Assembly (NCBI GenBank): GCA_963737265.1
Contig: CAVTRY010000018.1
Location: 96,001-160,000, forward strand
Origin: an uncultured delta proteobacterium
Lineage (GTDB): Bacteria; Myxococcota_A; Polyangia; Fen-1088
Direction of reading: 5' to 3'
DNA length: 64,000 nucleotides
Under the pieces are notes generated by a model. That model did not search any database and was not told the origin of the DNA. It was given only the letters and a program-made list of their open reading frames with translations. The position numbers and the translations under genes are program-made. Positions 45,510-54,529 of the stretch are shown piece by piece. The number at the start of each line of letters is the position of its first letter. Position 1 is the first letter of the stretch.

Positions 45510-45769
45510 GGGGCATGTCCTACACAGGCGAAGAATGGGTCAACGATGCGAATACTCTCTCGATTCCCTATGTGCTCACCGGAGACTTGGGATTGCGCTA
45601 CCAGAGGAAAGTGATGGGGAAGGACACCGCGTTGCGGTTCTTGGTGAACAACATCGCCGGTGAAAACTATTGGACCACCAAGGGAGGCGGGATGCTGTAT
45701 CTCGGAAGTCCACGCATCATTGCCATGTCGGCTACAGTGAATCTCTAGCCTGAAAGCGGGAGGAATGGG

Positions 45770-47238
45770 ATGCGCATGCGCCTTGTTTTGGCAGTGGTGG
45801 CTCTGCTGGCCTCCGTCTGGTTCCTGAGTGACGGCAGACAGGTTTCCGCGGCGGACAGAGGCAAGGCCGCCGCCGGGAAGAGGCTCGTTCTGTCGCTGCA
45901 CGCCAGCGCCCACAATCGCGAGGACGTCTTCGTGTCGGCACTGATCGATGCGGGGGCAGCTCGCAGCGTCTACGTCGAATACGCCGACAAGACTCTCGGC
46001 CGCGCGCAACTGCTCGAACCAGGCATGCTGAACGCCGCGGCACGCGGTTCCGGGAAGCGGGAATTGCATTTCGTGGCGCCGAAGATGGCAAAGGGAGAAA
46101 CGGCCAGGGTTGTCGCCCTGCTGTCGGAACAACCCATCGAAGGACGGACGTATGTCTGGAACGGCGAGCCTCGCCAGAGCCGTCGCCTGTCCTGCGGGCA
46201 GTGCCATCAGGGGTCGACCATACCGACGGCCGAGCAATTGCGACAGGAAGGAGAAATGCTTGAAGAAGACGGGCAAAGTTCCGCCGCTGGATACGTCCCG
46301 CATCCTGCCGACCTCCAAAGGAGAAGATTCCCGATGGCACGAAAAGCTGGGCAGGTATCAGTCCTCGGCCTGCTGGGAATGCCATGCCCGCCACATGGTC
46401 GAGTACGAGTTCGGCCAATCGCTCGAACAGAGATTTTCCCTGGGCACCCGACCCGGCGAAGCTTGGCGAAGCCCCGATCGTCCGCAGCGTCTTCCACACC
46501 GTCTTTCACGTGCTCGATGGGCGAAGGGCTACGCACCCGCTGGCGGGCGAGGACGCTGGCGGCGATAGTCCAGGCGCGTGGAAGATCCAGTACGGCTTCG
46601 AACGAGCAAGTGTGGGTGCCGCGCGCTCGACCGATGTGCTCCAGCAACACGTACGGACACTGTCCGAAGAAGCGGGCAAGTTCATCGGCCGGCACAATAT
46701 TCGGATTGATTGGATCGGCCATTTGGCCGATAAACGCGTGACGATAGCCCGCGAGGAGCGGCAGGTGACGGTGAAGGATTACCGGGCCCGCAACCATAGC
46801 ATTGCGATGTGGATCGATTTCGCTTCCACGCTGCACCCGGCTGAAGGCCCGGTCAAACTGGACGGCGCCGCCGGTGCGGCGGGATTCCGCTTCGTTCCTT
46901 CCCTGGACGCCGGCACGGTGCCCGAGAAGCGTGAATCGGCCGCATGGCGAGCGATCACGTTCGTCTCCGAGCGATCGACGTACACGGCCGTCTGCATTAG
47001 TCAATCGGGCAATCCGCCCCCGCCCAAGCAATCGGCGCAACCGGCCGGACCTTCGGGAGCGGCGGCTCGCACTGGCGCGCCGCCGGAGATCGGATTCCGC
47101 TTCTCGGCGGAATGCACTGCCCAGAAACCGCTGCAGGTCCACTACCGGCTGTGGATCCAGGGAGGCCGGATGCCAACCGAGGAGATCGCGTCACTGGCGA
47201 ACGATCTTCTGGAACCGATCCGAATCGAAGTCGAGTAA
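45770..47238 (+). CDS. secreted DUF6807-like protein with two CxxCH motifs (frameshifted)
   Basis: Signal peptide; CGQCH and CWECH in successive frames; C-terminal IDFASTL..VKLDG..GFRF. Confidence 0.5.
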
Positions 47239-47324
47239 CCGGTGCCGCGACGACTTGCGGCCGAGCTGCACGATGGTTGGCCGCATCACCGTTCGGGAAG
47301 TGGGGATTGAGGAATAGGCCATTC

Positions 47325-47605
47325 TGGCACTCCATAGATTGTTTGAGGAACTTCTGTAACAAAATCGTCGCCGATCCGGTCACGAGAACTTCTGTAAGGT
47401 CACGGCCGATCAGGGAAGGAGATCATCATGTTGCTCGGTCGCCGCAGATTCTCTCTAGTGCAATTGCTTGAGTCCCATCGAACCACTGCGAACCGATGAT
47501 CGGAACCACCACCAGCAGCGTTCTAGCCGGCGGCCAGAAGTGGTCCTGCAGGAGTAAGTCCGATGACGGGACGACGGGGGCCTTCGGGCCTCCGTCACCC
47601 CTTTT
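47325..47605 (+). pseudogene. collapsed relic of a paralogue of the 40196 phosphatase (upstream region, start, end, terminator)
   Basis: Aligns piecewise to 40084-40237, ~43000-43050 and 43121-43188. Confidence 0.85.
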
Positions 47606-47617
47606 CTGAAAGTGGCC

Positions 47618-48769
47618 ATGCGTACCTTCTTCATCCTCCTATCAATCCTCTGCGTGCTGTCGCCAGCGTCCCGCGCTGCACCTGCTGCGGCGGACGATCC
47701 GGCCGTGACCGCCCTGAAGCAGGCAGCGCAGCAGGCCTATCTCGAAAAGCGCTTTGACCAGGCGATCGCCCTCGACCTCGAAATCGCGCAACACCCCGAG
47801 AGCCATGCGCGCCGCTACGCCGTGCAGATGTTGGGGACGCTGTACGAAGACAACGTCGTCGATGTCGCCGCCGCTATTCGCTGGGATCGGGAATTCCTGG
47901 AGAAGTACGCCGACGTGCGCCAGGTAGCCTTCTACCGGCAGAAGATCGCCACGCTCGAGCAGGTGCTTCCGCAGAAGGACGCCTTCGCAAGTTACCAGAG
48001 GATTCGCTTCGCCAACCAGGGCGACGAGGTGCTGGTGAAGCAGCTCGAGGCCCTGCTGAAAGAGCATCCCGATTTTCTCCTCAAGGACAAGATCCAGGCA
48101 GAGCTGGGCTACGCCTACGCCCGCATGGACAAGCACAAGCAGAGTTATCTCGCGTTTCAGGCGCTGTCACAGAGCGGAAAGCCAATGTCGGCCGAGCACA
48201 TGAAGGCCTACCAGGCGGCCGCCCTGCATTTCAACGAGACCTCGAGCTGGGGCTTCGTCGTGTTGGGCGTCGTGCTGGGGCTGTGGGGCGTGGTGCTCCT
48301 CGGCAAGCCGTGGAGGCGGATCACCCGACGCGCGCTCTGGAAGCTTCTCGCCATTGCTTTGGCGTGGGTGGCGCTGAACGTGGCCCGCATGCCAGGCTTC
48401 TACACCATCGAGACAACGGGCTATCCGGTCGTCATTCCCGACACAGTCGTCTACACGGGCATCGCGCTCAACCTGACCGTTATCGTGTGGCTCTTCCTAT
48501 TGAGACGTGGATCGTTCTGGGAGCGCTGGCCGAAGATCGTGCGCCTCGTCGCCAGCCCGATTCTCGTGGTCGTGATGACCGCGTCCGTCCTCTATCTGCT
48601 CGTGATCCGGCAGCCGAACGGGCCGGAGATCGTCGACGTCTTCCCTATGGTGTACCATCGCTGGGTCGAGGATATGAGACGTCCTGCCGGTCCGGTCGTG
48701 CCCAGCGCCGAAGCGCACGAAATGAAAGCCGCGGGCGTGACCGGCGACCGTCCCGACCATGCGCATTGA
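47618..48769 (+). CDS. TPR-like periplasmic domain plus ~4 TM membrane protein
   Basis: Signal peptide, helical repeats, hydrophobic C-terminal segments. Confidence 0.7.
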   Translation: MRTFFILLSILCVLSPASRAAPAAADDPAVTALKQAAQQAYLEKRFDQAIALDLEIAQHPESHARRYAVQMLGTLYEDNVVDVAAAIRWDREFLEKYADVRQVAFYRQKIATLEQVLPQKDAFASYQRIRFANQGDEVLVKQLEALLKEHPDFLLKDKIQAELGYAYARMDKHKQSYLAFQALSQSGKPMSAEHMKAYQAAALHFNETSSWGFVVLGVVLGLWGVVLLGKPWRRITRRALWKLLAIALAWVALNVARMPGFYTIETTGYPVVIPDTVVYTGIALNLTVIVWLFLLRRGSFWERWPKIVRLVASPILVVVMTASVLYLLVIRQPNGPEIVDVFPMVYHRWVEDMRRPAGPVVPSAEAHEMKAAGVTGDRPDHAH

Positions 48770-48788
48770 GGAGTAATAAGGAGCAACG

Positions 48789-49007
48789 ATGACGGGAAAA
48801 ATCCTGAAAGTGAAGACCGGCTACAACCCGAACTCGAGCAGCATCGGGGTCGACATGGTCGCCTTCTTCACCATTGGTGCGGGGATGACGGTGCTCTTCA
48901 ACCTTATCGCGACCATCATCGATGGCATCCAGGCCAAGCAGCGTGCGCGACCGGGCGAGGACAAGCAAGGCACGACGCAAGCGACGACGGAGGCGAAGCC
49001 GGCATGA
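48789..49007 (+). CDS. 72-aa GYNPNSSS-motif peptide, candidate radical SAM substrate
   Basis: AAGGAG RBS; ATGA overlap with the rSAM gene. Confidence 0.75.
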   Translation: MTGKILKVKTGYNPNSSSIGVDMVAFFTIGAGMTVLFNLIATIIDGIQAKQRARPGEDKQGTTQATTEAKPA

Positions 49008-50158
49008 GCACGCTCCGCCATCGCTTCGAATCCTTTGGCGGCATCCTGGCCCTGGAAGATCCGCCGATGCTCGTGCACGTGGACCGGGACTTCATGCGCA
49101 GCCTTGGCCATTCCGCCTGCTCGGCCTGGGAAGAGTCGGAGACAGGGCTTCTCAGCGCGCCGCTCGAAGTTCACCTCTCGGTGACGAACGCCTGTTCGCA
49201 GGGCTGCGGCCACTGCTACATGGACTCGGGGCGGAACGATGCCGGCGAACTGTCATCGGCGGAGCTCCGGCGAGCCATCGACCTGCTCGCGGACATGGGC
49301 GTGTTCCACGTTGCGCTCGGGGGCGGAGAGGCGCTGGAGCGGCCCGACCTTTTCGATCTCGCCGCGCATGTGCGGGCACGCGGCATGGTCCCCAATTTGA
49401 CCACCAATGGCGCTCTTCTGACCCGGGAGACCGCCGAGCGATGCCGTGTCTTCGGTCAGGTCAACGTCAGCATCGACTCCCTCGACGGGGGCGCGCAGGC
49501 CGGCCCGGCCGCGCGGCTAGCCGCGGTGGATCTCCTGCGGGAAGCAGGGATCCGCGTCGGCATCAATTGCGTGGTGACGCGAGAGGGTCTCGATGGGCTG
49601 GCGAACCTCATTGCGTTCGCGAAGGAGCGAGGGCTCGTCGATATGGAGCTTCTCCGGCTCAAGCCCTCAGGGCGTGGAAAGAAGGACTACTTCGAGCGGC
49701 GACTGACGCGGGCTCAGAACGAGAAGTTTTTTCCGTTCATCCGGGACCTGTCCTTGTTGCACGGCAGCTTCCCGGTGAAGATCGATTGCTCGTTCGTTCC
49801 GATGTTCTGCTGGCACCGACCGGACAAGAGCCTCATGGAGCAATTCTCGGTCTACGGGTGCGAGGCCGGTAATGTCCTCGTCGGGGTGCGTTCCGACGGC
49901 AGGTTTGCCGGCTGCTCCTTTCTGTCCGGCGAGGAATCCATCTTCGAATTGCCGGGGCTTTGGCGGACGTCGGAGCACCTGACCCGCCTGCGCGGCTGGA
50001 TCGAGCGCGCGCCCGAACCGTGCCGATCCTGCGACTATTTGGACATCTGCAAGGGGGGCTGCCGCGCGGTGGCCGCATTCGTCGTCGGCGATGCCTTCGC
50101 TCCCGATCCCGAGTGTCCGTTCGCGGTGACGATGCGCGAGCGCGGCGTGGGAGCGTGA
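49004..50158 (+). CDS. radical SAM/SPASM domain protein (PqqE/MftC-like)
   Basis: CSQGCGHC, GGGE, TTNG; SPASM CEAG..CSF..CRSCDYLDICKGGC..DPEC. Confidence 0.93.
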   Translation: MSTLRHRFESFGGILALEDPPMLVHVDRDFMRSLGHSACSAWEESETGLLSAPLEVHLSVTNACSQGCGHCYMDSGRNDAGELSSAELRRAIDLLADMGVFHVALGGGEALERPDLFDLAAHVRARGMVPNLTTNGALLTRETAERCRVFGQVNVSIDSLDGGAQAGPAARLAAVDLLREAGIRVGINCVVTREGLDGLANLIAFAKERGLVDMELLRLKPSGRGKKDYFERRLTRAQNEKFFPFIRDLSLLHGSFPVKIDCSFVPMFCWHRPDKSLMEQFSVYGCEAGNVLVGVRSDGRFAGCSFLSGEESIFELPGLWRTSEHLTRLRGWIERAPEPCRSCDYLDICKGGCRAVAAFVVGDAFAPDPECPFAVTMRERGVGA

Positions 50159-51439
50159 GCGTGCGCAGACCACGGGTTGCGGCCGTTGCGGTCTTGCTGG
50201 CGGTGCTGCTGCCGACAGCAGGCGCACCTGCATTCGCGCACGATTTGCCCATGGGAGGATCGCGCTGGAGCTTCGGTCGCAATCGGATCGTCGCCAACAT
50301 CGATCTCGGCCCCTCGCTGTTGCAGGCCATCAAGGGTATGAAGGAGTTGCGCGATCCAGTCGATCTAGTCGAGGGCCTGTCGGACGAGCAGATGCACCAA
50401 GTGGTGACCGAGATCCTCCAGCCGTATCTCGATGAGAAGCTGTCGGTCACCGAGGACGGCAAGGCGTACCCGGTGAAGGTCGATAGGCTGGTGAATAGCG
50501 GGAACGTCACCACGATCTGGATCTCGGTCGAGGGGATCCCACTCGACCTGGGGAGGCCATTCACCATCGATTACAGGCTGCTCTTCGACGAGACCGAGAA
50601 CGCGCACATCAACCTCGCCTACGGATACCTGTCCGAGGCCACCGGAGACGCTCTGAAGTCGGTGTTCGACTTCTCGCCACCCGCGATGCAATACACGTTC
50701 GAGTCGTCGGCGCACGCCTGGACGGTGATCCCCTCGGGCGCCGCCAAGATCGGGGCCAGGGCGGGCATGCAGGCCACCGCGACGCCAAGACCGGCCGTGG
50801 CCAAACCTGCCGTGGGCGTCGTGGCGGCGGTGCCGGGGGCACCCGTGTCGCCTCGCTCGATGTTGGAGGGAGATGCTCGCCAATGTAGGCCGTTTCGTCC
50901 TGCTTGGCATCGAGCACATCCTGACTGGGTACGACCACATCGCGTTCCTCGTGGCGCTTGTGGTCGTCGCCCCGTCGTTCAAAGCCGTCCTGCCCATCAT
51001 CACCGCTTTCACGGCAGCCCACAGCATCACACTGCTCCTGTCGGCCCTGCGTGTGGTCAGCCTTGACTCCAGGCTGGTCGAGTCGGCCATCGCTGTTTCC
51101 ATCTGCTACGTCGCCGTCGAGAACCTGTTTCGGAAGAAGGCCACGCGCCGCTGGCTCGTGGCTTTCTGCTTCGGGCTCGTCCACGGCTTCGGGTTCGCGA
51201 GCGTCCTGCAGAACCTGATCGTCGGGAGGGCGAATCTCGTCAGCTCGGTGGTCTCGTTCAACGTCGGCGTGGAGCTCGGGCAGCTCATGATCTTCGCCGC
51301 CCTGCTCCCATTGCTGCGCTTCCTCGCCGCGCTCATCCAGCCCCGGAAGATCACCATCGCCGCCTCGGCTGCCATCGGCCTTTTGGGGTTCATCTGGGTC
51401 CTTGAGCGGGGCTTCGACTTGAGGCTCCTGCGGCTGTGA
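50155..51439 (+). CDS. HupE/UreJ-family membrane protein with N-terminal periplasmic domain (frameshift near 50870)
   Basis: AFAHD; GIEHILTGYDHIAF, TAFTAAHSITL, FGLVHGFGFA, FNVGVELGQ; GTGA overlap. Confidence 0.88.
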
Positions 51440-51518
51440 TTACTGACCCGATTCTGTTACAGAGTCGTCGCTGATAAGTTGCAAATCGGTTCTTCAATGT
51501 GTGGTTACTGTCCGCGCG

Positions 51519-51809
51519 ATGAAAACCTTCCCCATCCATCGATCCGAGAAGCACTCATCATCCGCACACGAGACGACCCGGTGGAAGGTGGCAGTTCTGT
51601 TGGTGGGGTTCGTGTCGATCGGATGGGGCGTTGGCTGCGGTCTTGGCAGCTACGACGACCTGGGCGAGCCAGTCCCGGGACAAGGATGGCCTTGGGTCTG
51701 TCCCGAGGGAGGCGACCCGAGCTTGGACGGCGGTTGCCCACCTGCGGCGAGCATGGATGCGGCAACCGCGGACGACGCTCCAGACGCGGCCCCCGAAGGC
51801 GCGTCGTGA
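51519..51809 (+). CDS. small putative lipoprotein
   Basis: Hydrophobic stretch ending GVGC; two further Cys; stop overlaps the receptor GTG. Confidence 0.5.
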   Translation: MKTFPIHRSEKHSSSAHETTRWKVAVLLVGFVSIGWGVGCGLGSYDDLGEPVPGQGWPWVCPEGGDPSLDGGCPPAASMDAATADDAPDAAPEGAS

Positions 51810-54160
51810 GAGGATACCGCGACGTCAGCGGTCGCACGAATGGCTCATTTCATTCGATAGTGCGATTCGGAGTGCGATTCGGAGTAGCTGTCGGATTGTG
51901 CTTGGCCGCCTGCTGGTCCCGCCCAGCCGCAGCCCAGGACGGCGGGCAAGAACCGGCGCCCGAGCCGTTGGCAGGAAGCCCGGAGGTCGGCCATCCCGAC
52001 TTACTGCCAGCTCCAGCTGTCACGCAAGAGCCGGAGAGCCCCGCAGCCCGGAAGAAGGCCGCGGCGTCGATGGTGGTTTCGCCCGAGCCGGCGGTTTCGC
52101 CTGAGCCGGCCCCCGATGTCACGGTGCTGGGCGCGAGGGAGAAGACGACCGGAACGAGTGAATCCGTGCTGTCGCGACAGACGATTGCATCCCTGCCCGG
52201 GGGTGACGCTCAACCGCTTGCCTACGTGCTGGCGACTCAGCCCGGGTTCGTCGCTGACACGTTCGGTTTCGGGCTCCACGTGCGCGGCGCGGATGGCGGC
52301 TTGCTCTACGTGATCGACGGCATTCCACTTTTGGCCGCCCCACTCGGGGAATGGGGCGCCACGATGGGCTTTATCCCGACAAGGCTGGTGCAGAACCTTC
52401 GCGTCCTGACCGGCGGCTTCCCGGCGGAATTCGGTTCTGGCCTGGGTGCTGTGATCGACATAACCACGCGCCACGCTCTGGGTGGCCCATCTGGGGAAGC
52501 ACAAGCCTCGTACGGGACCTATGGCACGACCAATTACGCCCTCAATTATGCCCAGGAGATCGGAAGGCTAAGCCTCTTCGTCGCCGGCGATGTCCAGAAC
52601 ACCAACCGCGGGTTCGACCCGCCGTCGGTGACACCCATCCTTCACGACAGCATGACATCGGGCAGCGGCTTCATGCGCCTGGACTACCAGCTTCGCGAGA
52701 CCGACCACATCGAGCTCGTCACGACCTTCAATCAGAGTCGGATTCAGATCCCGATCGACCCGACGCTCTTGCCTCTATCCCAGGCCCCAGCGGGAGCGGT
52801 CCGGGGGCCCGACGTGTATGGTAACGAGCCTCCGCCCTTCGTGCCCTACGATGCAAACCCCGTCGAGACCGAACGTAATGTCTTCGCGGCGGTTTCCTAC
52901 CAGCATGCCGGTGCTGGGGGCACGTTGCAGGTTGCCCCCTTTTTCCGCGAAGCCTACGGAAAGCTCACCTGCGATCCCGCCGGATCGTTGGGGCCGACCG
53001 CGGATCCCGGCTCTTCCTGCAGCGATGTCCGCAGGGATGTCCTTCACGGAGGCGGGCTGGCCTCGCTCACATGGGCACAAGGCGAGCGGCACACCTGGAA
53101 GGCAGGCCTGCTTCTCGATGCGGCCCGCAGCAACGTGGATTACACAGCCTACTTCCGCGGCGATGCCGCTCCTTCCGGCGGCGCGGATCCGGCGCAGACC
53201 CTGTCAGGCAGCGACATCACCAACGTGCTCAACGCGGGGGCATTCCTGCAAGACCAAATCCGGCTCGGAAAGTGGCAAATCCTTGGTGGCGCCAGGCTCG
53301 ACATCGAGAGCGCGTCGTTCCTCCACAGCGACGAGCCATCGTTGTTGCTCCTCGGGCCAAGCGCGCGGCTGGGACTTAGTTACGCCGTCACGACGAGCCT
53401 CACGCTGCACGGGTTTGCCGGATACTTGTGGCAACCACCGAGCACGATAGATGCGCCCGTCGCGGCTCGCATCCTCGTTCCTTCCCTCGCCGGGCAGTCT
53501 CTTCCCGTCGATATCAAGGCGGAAAAGGACTGGTCCGCGGAGCTGGGCCTCACCGAGCGTCTACTGCGCGGTTTGACCTTGGACATCACCGCCTGGGGCC
53601 GCATCGCCAAAGATCAACTCGACCGCGTGAACGTAGGCACCACCAACCTCGTCGCCAGCTACAATTTCGAACGCGGGCGCGCCGCCGGGGCCGAAGCCTC
53701 GTGCAGGCTCAGCGGCGGCGCCAATGTCGACGGTTTCGCGAACTTGGGATGGCAGCTCGCGCAGGGCTCGGGCATCAGCTCCGAAAAATTCCTGTTCAGT
53801 CCGGACGAGATCGCTGACAAGAGCTGGGTGATGCTCGATCACGTGCAGACGTGGACCGCAAACACCGGGATCGATCTTCACGATGACCCCGCGAGCACGC
53901 ACGTGTCGGCTCTGCTGAACTATGGCAGCGGGATGCGTACCGGCGCCGACAGCGACAAGACGGTGCCGTCGCATGTGATTGTCGATCTCACGATTCGTCA
54001 CCGTTTCGATATCTTCTCGCACCTGCACCCCGAGATAGCCATCGACGTTCTCAACTTGTTCGACCAAGTCTACGCCTATCGCATTGGCACCGGCTACGTC
54101 GGCAGCGCCTACGGTCCGCTGCGGCGAGTCTTCGTGCGGCTCGCGCTTCCGTTTTCTTGA
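51806..54160 (+). CDS. TonB-dependent receptor
   Basis: LHVRG, IDGIP, TGGFPAEFG plug; NLFD; terminal RVFVRLALPFS. Confidence 0.88.
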   Translation: MRGYRDVSGRTNGSFHSIVRFGVRFGVAVGLCLAACWSRPAAAQDGGQEPAPEPLAGSPEVGHPDLLPAPAVTQEPESPAARKKAAASMVVSPEPAVSPEPAPDVTVLGAREKTTGTSESVLSRQTIASLPGGDAQPLAYVLATQPGFVADTFGFGLHVRGADGGLLYVIDGIPLLAAPLGEWGATMGFIPTRLVQNLRVLTGGFPAEFGSGLGAVIDITTRHALGGPSGEAQASYGTYGTTNYALNYAQEIGRLSLFVAGDVQNTNRGFDPPSVTPILHDSMTSGSGFMRLDYQLRETDHIELVTTFNQSRIQIPIDPTLLPLSQAPAGAVRGPDVYGNEPPPFVPYDANPVETERNVFAAVSYQHAGAGGTLQVAPFFREAYGKLTCDPAGSLGPTADPGSSCSDVRRDVLHGGGLASLTWAQGERHTWKAGLLLDAARSNVDYTAYFRGDAAPSGGADPAQTLSGSDITNVLNAGAFLQDQIRLGKWQILGGARLDIESASFLHSDEPSLLLLGPSARLGLSYAVTTSLTLHGFAGYLWQPPSTIDAPVAARILVPSLAGQSLPVDIKAEKDWSAELGLTERLLRGLTLDITAWGRIAKDQLDRVNVGTTNLVASYNFERGRAAGAEASCRLSGGANVDGFANLGWQLAQGSGISSEKFLFSPDEIADKSWVMLDHVQTWTANTGIDLHDDPASTHVSALLNYGSGMRTGADSDKTVPSHVIVDLTIRHRFDIFSHLHPEIAIDVLNLFDQVYAYRIGTGYVGSAYGPLRRVFVRLALPFS

Positions 54161-54529
54161 GCGGATTCCCGATTCGTGCTGGACGTGAACTACCTGCAAG
54201 CTGCGCGAGTTCGTTGGTTGATGCGCTGAAACGACATGGCATTGTGGTGGCCGAAATCGGCAAGGTACGCTTAAGGCGGATTTCATTGCCTACGAGGGGC
54301 GCGTTTGATCACGGGGCGCGAGTTCCGAACACTCGTGGCTAACGGCTGCACTCGCGCGCCCAATTCTGCGCGCGCTGCCGCGGCGTTTGACGGATGATTT
54401 CACGGCTCGCCAGGTGAAAGGCTGGGGTGGAGCCGGCGAAATGCTCCAACCGTCACCAAGTTGTGACGGCGCGACCTTCTCCGCGGATCCAGGAAAGACC
54501 TCGAACATTCTTCTCTACCGGAGGTCTTC

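Larger units (their letters stand above)
44111..45748 (+). pseudogene. TonB-dependent siderophore-type receptor, internally deleted and interrupted by a MITE
   Basis: Plug start LLDTPFTVT jumps near 44595 to the late barrel (YVSYIQALEEG, SDQVEMGLK); C-terminus LGSPRIIAMSATVNL. Confidence 0.8.
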
